Shown here in pieces: positions 15,218 to 29,771 of a stretch of DNA of 64,000 nt. Where the stretch lies: the NCBI GenBank assembly GCA_973895155.1, contig OZ316894.1, positions 19,692,805-19,756,804 of the forward strand. The letters are read 5' to 3'. Position 1 is the first letter of the stretch. Each line of letters opens with the position of its first letter. Under the pieces are notes generated by a model. That model searched no databases and had not been told where the DNA came from. It saw only the letters and a list, made by a program, of their open reading frames with translations. The position numbers were made by a program, and so were the translations under genes. The stretch is from Marsupella aquatica. Lineage: Eukaryota; Plantae; Marchantiophyta.

Positions 15218-18200
15218 ATGGAAGCAGCGGAAGTAGGGGATGAGAGTGCTGCGGGTACCAGCTTGGCGATCGCAGCAACTGCCACTGCTGGCACCGAGGA
15301 CTCTGTTATGACTGATGAATCAATATTTGACATGCCGACAGAGACTTCTCCAGCAGGAACTGACCCGCAACAACCGCCTCATCGAAGGGTCGAATATAGC
15401 ATAGATTTAAGGAAAGAACTATCGCTTGACGTCTTGGCGTCCCTGGGTGGTTTAGCTGCTGATGATACGAAAGCTGTTGATGAATCTATCTTGGATTTGG
15501 CTTCCGTTCGCGCGGATATGGATTTCATGTCCGAACTCTCCTGTCTTGGCCCTGCCATCGACCACGACGATTCTACAGCTCCCGGGTCTCTCTTGCCGTC
15601 TTCCATAACTCCCCCAGTGGAGCCTCATCACGGCCTAGACAGTGCCGGCGCTGTGACGTCGTCGGACGTTTCCTTACCTCAATCCTCATCTCCCTCCAGG
15701 ATTTCTGAATCGTCCACGCCTTTTCGTCTCGAGGGTCTTCCGGGTGATGATTCGAGTCTTGTCACACCGGGTGAAGCCTCGGTGAAGTCGCTTTCATCTC
15801 ATACCAGCGATGAGCTCTTCGCTGAAATTCCAATGACAACTTCTTTCCAACCTGTCATGAATTCGACTTCAACTGACTCTCTGGTGGATAATGTCGACCC
15901 ACTTTCATTAGTATCACCTGGAACGCTGTATACCGAGGAGAATCCTTGGGTCCCTGATGCGTCAGCTCAGCTGCAGTCCTCTCTTGTTAGAGAAGAAGTT
16001 ACTGAATTCGCTTCGGCTGGTTTTCCAGCTTCCGAAAGTGCCCTAGCTGCCTTAGTACCTTCCCATTTGCCTGTGGAGCCTGTTACGCCTGTCAGGGACG
16101 GAAACTCAGCTACGGTTGAAGGGTGTCATAACTCTCCCAAGATTTCTCCATCTTCTCCTGACCCTTCCCTGGTGAGCGGCGTTTTCCCCGTTGTTCCTGT
16201 CGCTGTTTCCTTGCCAGTAGAAAACCTATCCCCTGCTGCCACCGAACATTTGGACTCAGCTTTAGCGGAAAGTGTACCTCTTCCTACAGCACTTGAACCG
16301 TCTTCTTTGATGTCTAATGATCCTGCCACGGATTCTTCTCTAGCTTCTCTTGTTCGTCCTGTCTTCGAAATCCAATCTGCTACGCGTGATGATACTGATA
16401 TACCCGACGCTCCCATAGGTTTCGTTGAATCTTATCCTGCGGCATTGGAAACCCTACCATCTGCTCCAGCAGATCTCCCTACTCCGAATTCTCCAATTGG
16501 TACTGAGGATTCTCCTCTGGCAAGTACATCCCCGCCGTCTTCGGTGGCTGCTTCTGGTGATGATGCAGAGGTTGGCGGGTCGGAGGCAGTTCCATCTCCG
16601 CCCGTTAGCGGCAATTTTTATTTTTCCAATTTGTCTCCTGCTTTGAATTCCACTCCTGGAGAACAAGATCTCTTCCCCCCTTCAAATAACACCGATGTCC
16701 TTGACTCGTCGAGGACATTGTCAAGTCCACTCATTACATCAGCCCTTGATACAACCGTAGCTGATACCGCCCGTGGCCCACCCTCTCTCGTTCCAGCCAA
16801 AGTGCCTCCCTTCAGCGATTCTGTAACCTCACCTCCTCTCACAGCCCGGTTTTGGGATGTACCCTCTATAGCGCCGGAGATTTCTTTATCTGTTTACTTC
16901 GATGGATCTCGTTCTTCCTTTCGCGGTAGGAAGCTCACCAGGAAGAAAAGGTCGTCGGAGGCAGTTGCCGATCTCAAAGATATGAAAGGAAAAGGGCTAA
17001 GCGATGTCGGGAAATTGGAGGAGGTGGCTGAGCTGGAGAGCATGCTTGATTCTCAGAAAAGGATGGTGAAGTGGCAAATCGATGAGATTCAAAGAATTGC
17101 CACCTTGCAATTTCAGCTAACTGGCAGTAATCCACTTTCTGAACAGGCGGTAGGCATTTCCTTCATCATTTCTATTCGTTTAAATTCGTTTAAAGATTGC
17201 GGTTACATGTGATCTTCGTAGGATTTCTCTAGTGCCAACACATCTGCTTTGGACTGCCATTGCCATCGGAGAATGGCAATAATGGCCATAACAAAGTAAT
17301 CCCATTGTTGTCATGGGGGTGGAAGAGATTAGTCAACAGCTGTGGGCTAGGGTCAATGCATTCAAATGTCATGACGCATTTTTAATTAAGACATTCGTAT
17401 CTACTTTTCAGATGTGGGACGTTCTTGGAGTGAGGGCAGGAGGTGAGTCGCCTTCCAGGTTCCTGTCTCTTGTTTTTGAAAGATTCTTTGTTTGCTTGTC
17501 ATCTCATCCACCATCGTCTTATCGAAGACAAGGGTGTCGTGACTATCTGATTTATGTGTTTATAAAGATTCTAATCCGCCGGAGTCGATGCTTGCAGGAA
17601 AGAAGGCAGGAGATGCACTTTCTGCTGAAGCGTTGAAGTCTCTGCAAGAGATGTTTGCTATTAAGGACACTCTCACGAAAAAGGAAGCGCGCGATATCAG
17701 TTTCACTTATGGAGCTTCTCTGACCCAGGTGAGCCAGTAATTCAGTTGGCACGAGTTGCTTCTTCTCGATATATATGTCTAGTGTACAGGCAAGTGGGCA
17801 CAAGAATCTAAATGATGTAACATTGTGATAGGTAAGGGGTTAGGAGAAGCTACAGTTGTGCAACCCATGATTTCTATCATGTACTTATTCCTAAGACTAG
17901 TCGCAGTGGGAGGGACGGGCCTCTAGGGTGGGCAGGCAATTCTAAGCATTTTTGGAGATTCTTGTTTATTGATTGTTTTTGTATCAATATGAATTGACAC
18001 AGGTGAGAGATTATTTCGCTGGGCAACGATCTCTTGTGCGGAAGTTGGTCCAGCAAGCACACGATGAAGCAGGAAGGCTGGGTATCAAGAATGCCTCCGA
18101 GCAATCTCACCAAATAGCAGTCTCCAATTCGATCTTAGATTCTGAAAAGGATCTTGGTTTTGACAAATTAAGCGGACCAGAGTCTGTTGAGAAAATAGTA

Positions 18201-21200
18201 GAAGTAATGCGGGCTCAAAAGGGGTTTGCTGGGCAAATACAGCTGTTGCAAGTTGTTTTGCGTACAGATCCGGCTGCACTGATTCTTCGACGGTGAGAGG
18301 GCCTCAATACGCTTTTTCCATTGGTATTTGCAAGATTTAAGAGCTGAAAGGGGGAGTATCTCAACTTAACATCTTGGTTACATGTGCAGTTTCTTAGAGA
18401 AGGGGGCGTTGAAGATGCTAGGGGGATGGGTTGTTGAAGCTGTGGCAGAGCAGCAGACGACTGTAATTTCTTACTTACTGAAGGTAATGCGGAGGTCCTT
18501 CCCTTCCCGGTTTGAGTATCGGCGAAATCTGACTAGGTGCCTCACAGAGGGGTCTGATTGTGCTGTAGGATGTGTGCGAGAACCCGATTTTTAGGACAAT
18601 CAACAGTAAAGGCGGAGAGTAGGATCCAATTGATGATACCAATTGAAATTACTATTGGACACTGCATGATTACATAAGAGCACTCGTCCGTAGGTTTGGT
18701 TCCATTGCCCTATTTGGATTCGAGTTCCTATCAAGTCTCTGTTCTTAGGTGGAAATGTTATGGTGCAGGTTCTGGATCACTTGCCTATGAGCAATGCTGT
18801 CTCACATCAAATGCCACCCTTGGTGCATAACGTAAACAAGCTTCGTTTTCACCATGCTTCAGGTAACTTGAGTAGCTAAAAGCTTTGGTGTGGCCTGATC
18901 TTTTTATCATGTTGTGCCGTTCTGATCAAAATGTTCTGTAAATTCTGTGGCCTATTCAATCAGCTGTTGCGGGGCAGGCCCGATCGCTTCTTACGAAGTG
19001 GGTGAAATTGCTCTCACCGAAGACTGAGGGGAAAGCTGCCAGCTCACCTGGAAAATCTGCAAGCTTACCTGGAAGCAAGTCTCTCGCAGGCTCAGCTACC
19101 CCACCTGGAGGTCTCAAGAGGAACCGAGATCCTCCTGCAGCACAAGTAGTACCTGGAACAAGGAAAAAGAAAGTCAGAGCGGAGGAAGTTTTGCAACAGG
19201 AGTCGAAAGCTTCACAGATAGCGGGTCCAGACTCTCCAAGTCTGAATGGCATGCCTCAAGGTGCATCGGAAAATCCATCTTCCAGTCAGGTCTCGGTTTC
19301 TGCGCTACCAACTCCTAAGCCAAAATGGTCCAGTACATTGCAACCATCAGAAAGTGCAGTTGCTGCAGTTTCAGTTTCGAGGAAACGTCTTGCTTCTAAG
19401 TCTCTTGGTGAGCAGGCAAAAGATCGCCGCAAAGTGATGCGCGTGGATGACAATCACATCGGGAAGAGTATGGGTTCAAAGCCTGCTACCATTTCAAAGA
19501 CTTCGCGACCTCTTTCCACAGATGACATATACAAAGCAAAGAAGCTTGAACGTCTCATGCAGGAACCAATTTTAAAATCAAAGAGAAAAGCGGCCGCGGC
19601 CCAAGAACAGTCTGGGGCTCAGGATATGGTACCGCAGCCTGGTGCACCCAAGATACCTTCGCCTCCAGCGGTTCCTGAAGGTATTGGTGTTGTGAAACGA
19701 GAGACTCTGAGCTCAAGTCAAGGAAATTGGAGAGGTGGAGCTTGGACAGCAAAATCTGCTCAAGAAGACCAGCCGACCGCAACTAGAACACAATTGCCAT
19801 TTAGAAGCTCCGAACGTCATGATATTAAGACAACCATCACACCCACTTCGTCGCAGGAGTTGTTCCCAACGATCATTACACCCACGTCCTCTCAAGAGCA
19901 AGCCCACCCGGGATCTGTTATGGGTAATTTCACAGAAGATACGGCTTATACGAGAGACTTGAACTCGACAGCCCTTATGGAAACAGATTCACTTCCGTCA
20001 TCAGTATCGGGGAGTTTGGGCCAAGAGCTGTCAGCAAGCTCTCATTTTGAAGATTCCGTACAATTACCGGCAGCGGTGATTGGCTCACTAGGTGTGAACT
20101 CGGCAATATCTGATGCCGCTGCGTCAGATTTAAGTTATACAATTCATTCCTCACCATTTCGTATCTCAGAAAATAATAATATAACCGCCCCGATGGTCAC
20201 GTCGAAGCCTTTTTTCGTCGAAAATATTCGTATTCCACCTGCATCTTTTGAAGCTTCTGAAGCAAGACTGGATAAAGCGTCAGGACTCTCTGTACAAGGA
20301 GGAGCACGAAATTCCTTGGATAAATCTGCCGTGGACGTTACTGGAAGCAAAGTCGAGTTTAGTATAGGACAGGAGAATGAAAGTGGGGGCAATGGTGTGA
20401 AACCATTACCTCGGGAGACGTCGCTGAGCGATTATTATGCAGTTCTACGAACAACGATGATCCGCTGGCGAATTCCACCAGGTATGCCTGCAAGAGCTAC
20501 TGTAAGTTATAGCAGAACCTCACAAGTAACTTGTATTATCGTTACGGATATCATCATGAACTATCTGACCGTTGGGGTTTCGAACATGTCTCAGAGTATC
20601 AGCCAGACGAGCAGTGGAATGTAGCAGCTGGGGAAGCTAGCAAGGAAAGAGAAGTTCAGTCTGGGCGTGTCAAACGTGAAGAAGAAGCATACTATCCAGA
20701 GCTAGCTGCTGTACCGGATGATCCAAAGGATCCGTGGGAGGAAGAGCCTGATTACGACGATAGTCTTACGTTGCAAATTTTTGTAGAAAGTGAACAGCGG
20801 AAGGTGTCTACAGAATTAAATGACATGTCAAATATATCGAAACCTCCACTTGCGAATATCGTGCACTACGGCCCAGAGACGTCGTTTGGATCAGACGTTT
20901 CGAGCAGCAGGATGCAAAGTTCTGCGCTAAGTTCGAATGATGGACACGAGCCCGGTGCGGAATTGTTGAACAAGGCCCCCGCTATGAATGGGCTCGATCT
21001 AGTTCTGCAGCAGCTATCCACTGGTGATGGTGGAGGAACCCATGATCCAGATTTACTTGCTCTTCTTCTCCGAAACCCTCAACTTGTCAGTCAGCTAACG
21101 TCAGGGCAGGCATTCACTCCTACTAGCATGACCAACCACCCCGGTGTCTTTATGCAGCCACTGGATCAACTGAAACAGCTTAGTAGTGGTGGCAACAATG

Positions 21201-23440
21201 GGGCCGGCCTAAGTACCCCAGCTGGCGAACTAGGGCAGGAGAGATTGATACCCTCAAACAACTCAAAAGCACTGGGAATCCCTCTACAACCTGGGCGATC
21301 AGTATCATCTGTTGATCAGACGGTGGGTATCACACGGCTTCTATTCTTTGGACCTTTTATGTTCATATATCATTTGATCAGTTCCTGCCATCCACACGTC
21401 TTCTGGTTTACATTGTACTGTACATTCTTGCTTGATTGGAGGCAGGGTATAAGGTTCAGTATTGCATTATGTGCAGACACAAAATTCCATGTGTGTAGTG
21501 ACAGTCGGTTAGTCTTCTCAGTATCTCAGAGCTATGTCCAGATTGAAGCGTTGCTGACAATTTTATTGTTTCCTTTTGCATGTGAGAGATATAATCGCCC
21601 CTGTGCATGTGTAGTCTATTCTTTCGTAGAATGTTTGTTATATTCGAGTGCATCTGATTCGTGCAATGATGTTGCATCGAGGACTGCTGCCATTCCCTAC
21701 GTGACGTGCAAGATGTAGCCCAGATGATCGTATTAGTCTTCTCCTGCTGTAGGAAAACTTTTAGAATATTTGAGGGTCTTTGCGCACATGAGTCTAAACT
21801 CTTCAACTCAAAAATCAAAACTTATGTCCAAGATCCTGTTAGGCATTTACGGTCAGGTCGGTGCACAACAGGGCAATCCTTTTAGTTTGGAAAAGTATCT
21901 CAACCCATATCTTTTGAAGTGGTAAATCCAACTGCTCACTGCTTGAGGGTGTGATTTGTGAAGCCCTGAAAATTAGTCAAGAGTGGTGTGTGGTCTGAAG
22001 AGTCTAGCGAACCAAGGGTACAATCATCTGTGGTTTTAACTGTATTCAACGGTTCTCCCAAGGCACAATAGTGAGAGGAATGGCAAGGTTGAGGTTCTCA
22101 AATTTCCGAACCAAGGATTTGGAGTTAGTAATCACTGATGCTACATGGCCAAAAAATTGGTGCCCGGTGATACTTACAAAATAGGTTCATCTTTACTAGT
22201 CCCGCGTTTATTCCACAACATCAAGAAGATCAAATCTGTACTTTAAACCTGTGCTTTAAACCTGTCTAAGTATTCTGATAGATAATCTGTTCTCGAATTC
22301 TACATTGAAAGATTCCTGCACATATCAAATTCGGAAAGGTTTAAATTGGCTGTTTCGAAGATTCAATCGTGAAGGGATTAGATTTATCTTACTAATTTTC
22401 CACAAATGATTATCATAGCTTTAGTTTGGAAGATTATTTGTTCAACAAGCTAGGGAAACAAGAATGTGACAACTGTATGTATTTCTCTCCGTGCATGGAT
22501 TGTGCAGCCTCCTGACACTATGCGGGTTCAAGATTCAATACCGATGATGCCACATCCCGGAATGGGGCAGCAGCAGACTATGGGATTCGTTCCTCAACGT
22601 GGTGTTGATAACAGGTTTTTGACTCCACAGATGCCATCTTTGGTAACCAGGAACATACAGGATACATCTGGCTGGGAGCATCTCCGAGTCCCTCCCCCAC
22701 CTCCACCAGTGCCTCCGACGCAAACTGTAATAAATCAAGTATTGCAACCTCCACTGCCAAATCAACCAAATAAACAGTCAAATTGGCATGAATCTCAAGG
22801 TTGGGTCGGAATCGGTAGGCCTCCCTTGAATCCATCACAAACTCGCTCCGGGCCTGAACAGCTGCATACAAGACAAGCATTAATGACCCACAACGTCCGG
22901 CTGCCTAATTATCCTGGCATGGTTGGGGTACCTCAAGTTGAAGTGGGCCCCGAAACTTCTGTGGTTTCTCAGCCAGAAGTCCATCACAGTCAGAGACCAT
23001 GGTTGAATGGATCTCATGGTGGCCCTACCCATGAGAACGCTATGATGCATGGTGGTCAGGACTCTGGGGCAAGCAGGAACAATAGATGGCAAAGACCACC
23101 TGTCCGTCCTACTACTAATCAGCACTTCAGATCTGGAAATCGAGAGCTCACTGAATTCAATAACGGAAGACAGGCAAGTGTAGTAGACAATAGGTCTGCC
23201 TGGGTCCAAAATGAGAGAGCAAGGACGGTTTTGCCTCCATATCAGGGTGCATATACTTTGCCTCCACCTCCCCCTTACCCAGCTCCCCTCTGGCAAGGGC
23301 AGGAAGGTAATATGCGGCTTGGTCAAGGGAGCGCAGTAAACCCTTTCCCCCATGGCAGGGACCTGAGACCACCTCAGCAGCAAATGTGGAACAACAACAT
23401 GGGTCCTGCCTCCAGGCAAGGATGGAGAGGACAACCATGA
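15218..23440 (+). CDS. LD: Homeobox protein LUMINIDEPENDENS-like (homeodomain + TFIIS-N-like region, PNUTS-like)
   Basis: MLDSQKRMVKWQIDEIQRIATLQFQLTGSNPLSEQ, LQEMFAIKDTLTKKEARDIS..GASLTQVRDYFAGQRSLVRK, RPLSTDDIYKAK, IRWRIPP, GEASKEREVQ..R, PDDPKDPW..EPDYDDSLT and DPDLLALLLRNPQLV all resemble LD. Exons approx. 15218-17149, 17412-17442, 17598-17728, 18003-18292, 18390-18483, 18769-18862, 18964-20481, 20595-21322, 22508-23440. Confidence 0.88.
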
Positions 23441-25935
23441 ACCTGGAACTTAGTGTAGACCTGATTACGTACCGATTGTGTTTCGAATCTCCAGATTGTC
23501 AAGAGGAGGCCCAGATAGGGTATGTAAAATTGATAAGAACGTACATTTTAGGTAGCTGCCGAGGCAGAGCTGATCATGTGCATTGTAGTCTTTATGGAGC
23601 AGTTAAGTGCTCCGAGTTCTCTCATGTGATCCGGATTTAAACTATTTCGAGAAGTCATCTGTTCAGTTATTAATTTAAGTGGCATCGAGGGGAATGGCCG
23701 TCCCAATTTTTGGCTACGTTGACAACATCGTGCATTCAGTTGTCAACGTGGCACCGGAGGACTTCCCTGTGGTTCTTGCCATAATAATCTTGGGCTATTC
23801 TGAAGACTGTCAAATATTAGTTCAAAGTCTTAATGCTTGTGACGTAACGTTTGTAACACAGTATGTCTGATGCTGGAAGTTTGAAAGTGCTGTCCTTGAT
23901 GCGAACCAGCAACATTTTCGACCTCCAAACAGACTCTGCAGATTGTCTGGTTCTTTTGTCTAAAGGTAGATGAAGCCGGTAGTCAAACATGTTGCATCTC
24001 GGCTTAGCAGTGAACTATGACCAAAATAGACATTTGCCAAAATCAATCGTTGGGTTGCTGTAGTAGAGGTCGACAGGACTCTTGCATGCAATGTAAAATT
24101 ATGATGCTGATCAGGATCAAAGCCATGATAACTTAGTGTCAATACACAAAAATGAAGGGTCAACGAAATGGTCTCACCGAGAAGTGCACAAAGCTTCGCA
24201 AGTAAGTATTTGAGTATGAAGCCTTGAGCCGGAGCGAGCATAAACCCATTCTGGCGAGTAGTGGATGTGCGATTCGCCTATCACAACGGACATGAACTCA
24301 CAGCACTTCGAGAAAACATATGGCTGGTATGCGAACAGTGAATATCGGACAAGACCAAAAAGAGTATCTAGGAGAGTGCGTTGGAATAATACCATATCAT
24401 CGATCCTACTACCGAAATTCTCGTCTGGCCATGTGAACGAGATTCACTTTCTGGTTTAGTTTTTAACGTTTCAATCTACCCTCGATGCCTCGAGACAGCG
24501 GAGAATCTTTTTAACAAGTTGTCAAATCCAAGCACAGTGCTTTGCGAATTTCAATGGGTAGGACGATTCCATGATCACACTATAGTGGTTGGTTTAAATT
24601 TTAACGTTGCAATCTACCCTCGGTGCCTCAAGATAGCGGAGAATCTTTTGAACCAGTTGTCTAATTTGGAGCATAGTGAGCGGAGTGATGAGATCCTGGT
24701 GATTGGCAATGGATGGCCGGTATTTGACCGGTAAATATGTGTGATGCAGACTGGGCATCACTAACAATTGGGTAGCACAGTCCCTGTTTCACCTTTTCCA
24801 TGATCGACATCTGTGCAGTCGCTGCTCAGCACATTTGGTTAGGGAAACCTCTTAGTCTGGTTTCACCGTAAAGTTTAGGGTCAACCATGTGAAAACACCT
24901 TTAAGGGATGATATTCTAGGACATCACGAAGGTCTAAGATTGCGCTGAAAGCTGCTACAGTTCGTTAAGATCAACAATCCACCTCGCAGGGGAAATTTGA
25001 AGACGAGCCAGATCCAGGTGCTACTACAAAGTTGTTATTCCAATGCCCATCAATGGGCCACATTCGCTAAAAGCCTCCAGCTTGAAAAACGAAGGTGGCA
25101 ATAAGAATTCCGAGAGTATGCAAAAATATCACATCCAATTAGACACAGAATGTTGGAATCACAGACCCAATGCACTTAATCAAGTTTCCGGGCGATTTTA
25201 ACTCTACATTGTGTGTCATATGCAAGACTAATCTGCATCCCAACAAGAGGGCTGCGTTTGGTAAATCTTGCTTTGCGACCTTTCTCCATCCATAAGAGTT
25301 GTTACACGACAGAAGCTAGTGTGACCCTACATTGGAAAAATGCGGAACAAATAGAAGCAATTTCTTAGACTCCCGAACTTTGCTACTACTAACGATAAAT
25401 CAGAGCTCCTGACCTAGATCAAAACTATGGAGGAACTGCGACTATCTACTATGAAAGTTCAGACTAGGAACAAGTGTGTAATCATGACATCTTCTTGCCA
25501 TACGACACTATCCACCTTCTCTAGGTGCGTTGTGCCAAAAACTCCTTAAGAGTCAAAACACTTTTCTGGAGCTACTAAGGTAGCCAATGCCGTGTATTCC
25601 ATTTACTTCACTGACAGATCACACAAAACAATCGTCCACTACATTCCATGTTGTCAGACGTCAGCCTGCAGGTCCAGTTCCTGAAATCAGTTTCCAGCGG
25701 AAAATGTGAGCGCGGCGGGGGTAATTAAAAACAAAAATGAGTAAGAGACTGAGAAGAAACATCAGTTGAATAGCGTGGCGATAGAGTTTAAACTTGTTAA
25801 GATAGATGTCAACACCAATTCAGAGAGCTAAAGTGCAATATATGGCTGCCATGCACCACACATTTGAGTCAAAGCATTGGAAAAGAAAATTAAGAAATTA
25901 CCTCAAAATTCCATACGGAAGTTCTTCAATGATAT

Positions 25936-26310
25936 TTATCTTTGGAGACTTTGAAACCGTCGAAGAATCAACGTACTAGTGTCCAAGTAGCGTTGAGCAC
26001 AGTTTGTTAGACAGCTTTGCTCACTAGAGCTAAACTTGCTACCGGGAGCATACGTAATACACTTCTCCCAGCATACGTCGGTTAACTTTCCAACTAGCTC
26101 ATTGAGAACTGCCTTTTGCTTCTCTTTCTGCACAGTGACATCCACAAGGAGAACCGATCAACTTTGCATTCAAGAGGTATACATAAGTACTCATGCAAAC
26201 CCGAATCAATGAAAAAGAAAAGTTAAAGAGAACACAGGAGAACTCATAGAAACTTCACATACCTCAAGGAAGGATTGAAGCTCGGCAGTGTTCCCTGATG
26301 ATATATCCAT
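25936..26310 (-). CDS. TIM8: Mitochondrial import inner membrane translocase small subunit Tim8
   Basis: MDISSGNTAELQSFLE|KEKQKAVLNELVGKLTDVCWEKC...SKFSSSEQSCLTNCAQRYLD with twin CX3C motif. Exons 26310-26263 and 26127-25936. Confidence 0.93.
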
Positions 26311-28040
26311 TGTTCACTGGAGCAAACGAGCCCACAATTATCTGATCAATTTGAATCCAATGTGCACTAGTAGTATAACGTGACATAACTTTCAAATACC
26401 AACAAACCGAGCACGTCCTATCTGAATTTAGAAAGGGAAATACGATCGAAATAGCCGAATCAGAGCAATTTCGGCTTTAGGTCTTCCAACTCATGTGCAC
26501 AATTTAGTAAAGCTCGGAACTTTCTCAAAAATGGACCCAATCCCGGTTAGCTTAACTGCGAGAATCTCCAATAACTTGTAATGTATGATAGCAACAGGTG
26601 AAGCTCTTTCTGAAGCTGCCTCCCAAATGGAGAAGTTCCAAAATTATAGGTGATAAAATCTGAGACTCAATGCCCGAAGGATGGCTTTCATCAAGTCGTT
26701 TAAAATGCAAAGTAGAAAGCGAAGGTTTGGAGCCAGAGGAGCCATTCCTTGACTGGTACCAGTGCCACGTGATACGATAGGACATTTGAAGAACATTGGA
26801 AAATTTTAATCGAATTATTCCGTGTTGAACTAGTAAGGCTCTATGTTAGGGTGTCTTAGTAAAGTTCTAGATGATTCTGAGGATGGAATTCAACCCAAGC
26901 TCAAAGAACCCTACTTCTGAAAAAGTAAATTCGAAGCCACTCTAACTTTTTAGCAAGGCAGAGCAGCTCAAAGAGGCGACATTCTGAGATAAGCCGGGTT
27001 CCCTACTTTCAGATGGAAGCACATCGACTCCATAGCGATACCTTTAATCTCATTCTAACGTTTCTTGATCCAAAAACGGCAACCACAGAGTTCGCCGCAA
27101 TTGTTCATCGAAACCTGAACGAAGATGAAACAAAACTGTCTGGGTCCAGAAGACAAAACAGGATCTGACGCGGTTGGATAAATTTCTGCTATTAAAAGAG
27201 AACAATTGGGCCAATATGGATCTAAGACGTCAAGCTTAGATGCCCAAGCTGTCACCATCAAGTTCGGATTCATTTCAGAGAAATCTGCGCAGGAGAATCC
27301 TAGAGCTTTGACAAAAGCTGGGCCTCAGCTAAACTCTGCCTATAACCTAGAAAGTGATCGGAAGGGGCAATTACTGCGCTTGGCAATATCCAAGGGTGTG
27401 AGGTACTTCTGCTACTGGAAACCAAGTGGATGCAGATCAAAGCAGGACATCAGTAGCACGGTACAATAAGCTTGAGCTAAAATTAATACGACATCTGCAC
27501 ATCAACAGTTCACTCAACCTAGTGCCCAAAGAAGATGCGAGCTAAATCTTCCAATGCAATGCAAAAGAACAAGTAAATGGGTTACCTCAACAGGCCTGAG
27601 GAGATGGGACTACACACAGCAGATTTGCAGATGGGCATTTTTTGAGGGGGAAACAGAGCACCAGATGAGATTGCAATGACTCACCAGTCAGGCACAGGCG
27701 ACGCTTGGAAAATTACACCACCAGGAGGGGCACGGCACCCAAACGAGCAGCAGCAGCAGCCACGACGAAGTAGAGGATGCTTTCCGCAATTCAGCTGGTT
27801 GATGAACCTCTTGACCGGACGAAGGGGTGATTGAAATGCTTCGAAGTGAACTTGACGTTGAATTTGGGTGTCGTGCTTTCGCGATTGCCTCCGAAGTGCC
27901 AAGAGTCCTTGAAAGGCAAAATTATTCAGTGGGTACAGCAATTCTGTGCCACCGCTAGCATTACTTTCTGCTGGGCGACGAGAGTGTAATCGAGACGAGC
28001 TTTTTCCGAAATCCACGGCTCAACTCGATGAAACTCAGCC

Positions 28041-28049
28041 AAACCCTAA
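28041..28049. promoter_or_regulatory. Telo-box at the probable TIM8 transcription start region
   Basis: aaaccctaa at the edge of a GC-richer leader region upstream of TIM8. Confidence 0.4.
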
Positions 28050-29771
28050 TTTCTTTCTTGCTGCAAGTAAACGGAGCAATTTACTATAAACACCCAAAGT
28101 AAAACACAATGTAGTAAAAGCAAAAGAGTTCCAAAGCACTGTTTCCCTTTGTGCGCGAAAATAATTTACTACCAAGTAAGGGGCTTGCAAATGATATAAA
28201 GAGGTTTTTAAAGAAAATTAGCAACTTATTAGACAAAATTGACGGTCCAGATCTGACTGTACATTGACCATACCAGTCAATTTTATATTTTTGGTTAAGG
28301 GGCTTCTCAACTTGCCATAAATACCACCTGCAGAAAATACAAAAGCAAACACTGGTCTAGAGATAACACCCAACTCAAATATAGTACCAAAATGTGTAGA
28401 TGGGGACAATGCAAACTTTCATAACCTAGAAAGAAGCTTTATAAGACATAAAATTATCGTTGCAAGAATGCAATGAGCTCATGATGGACTAGATTCACTA
28501 ACCCTACATCTTCCATTTGACTATTAACATTATTACACCTTCACTTGCTGGTATAGATGAGGGAGTGAGAAAAGTTCAGGGATTTTGGAAATGGGTATAA
28601 AGAAACCCTAAGACTTCTGTAACATTTTACATGGATTGTATGGATGAGGAGTACCAAGAGAATGTAAGAAACCCTTTGGCTATTATGGACAAAATTCACC
28701 AAGGGAGCTTAAGAAACACTTTGTCTTCTACAACATTTTGTATGAACTCTATGGAATGGTTATATAGAGTCCATAGACATAGACTTATAGACTTGCATAA
28801 CTGCCTATTGGTGATAAGTTGCAGCTGATCACTTCTTCACACAAAATTCTGTCATTTTCCTTTGCAAATGCACCCCAAAATGCAGTTTTTTTAAGTGCAT
28901 GAATGCTTTCACTAAACACAAAATATAAAAGTACAAACTGAATGTGTATATATGCTTTTGTGGATTACTCACAACTGCATAACATAAACTATGGGCATTT
29001 ATTGTTAAGAGTAGTTCCATGCACTTATTTAGTTAAATCATGCAAAACGAGGGCAGGGGTAGCTGGATTGCCTGAAAGCACATAACCAATTTCCCATGAA
29101 CTTATTGCATATTGTATGCTGTGCATATATGAGGAAGTGTATAAATAATTTCCTATGCATTAAGGGAGTATAGTGTGCACTTATACATGGTCAATTGTAT
29201 TATGAACTCTTGATAAGTGCACACTGTCCAGAAGAGCCCACAACTATGTACTAAGTAACAAGTGAAATTTTCAGGACTTTTGCAATTATTGATAAGTTTA
29301 GAGTTAATATTCATTAGTAAAACTACTGTAAAGAAACCGGTAAAACTCCAAAAATTCAACAGATACACTATGGACATATCAAACGCACTTACCCATAAGA
29401 GTTGAAGATTCCGTTCATGCTTTTGTGAATAATTAAGTGTATGTATGCATAAACTTATGGAGGGGTATAACATATAACTCACCGAAGAAACAGGAGGTCT
29501 TTGATTTAATGAGACCTCTATGCGCTTAAAAAATGCCAAAATACTGTACATTGGTACTCGAACAGATTGATGCCTAAATAGCCATAATTTGGCTGTATTG
29601 GACGTCTCAAACCAGCTGCTTCCCAAGTTTTTCAGTCAATCGCTATTAATGGGAAATTTTGGTGTGAACCCCTGACCAAACCCAACCTTCAGGAAAACTC
29701 ATGTGGTTTGAGACGGATTAACACCTGCCCAATCATAGATTAACTCAATATGAGTTGAACCCCCCTTAGTA

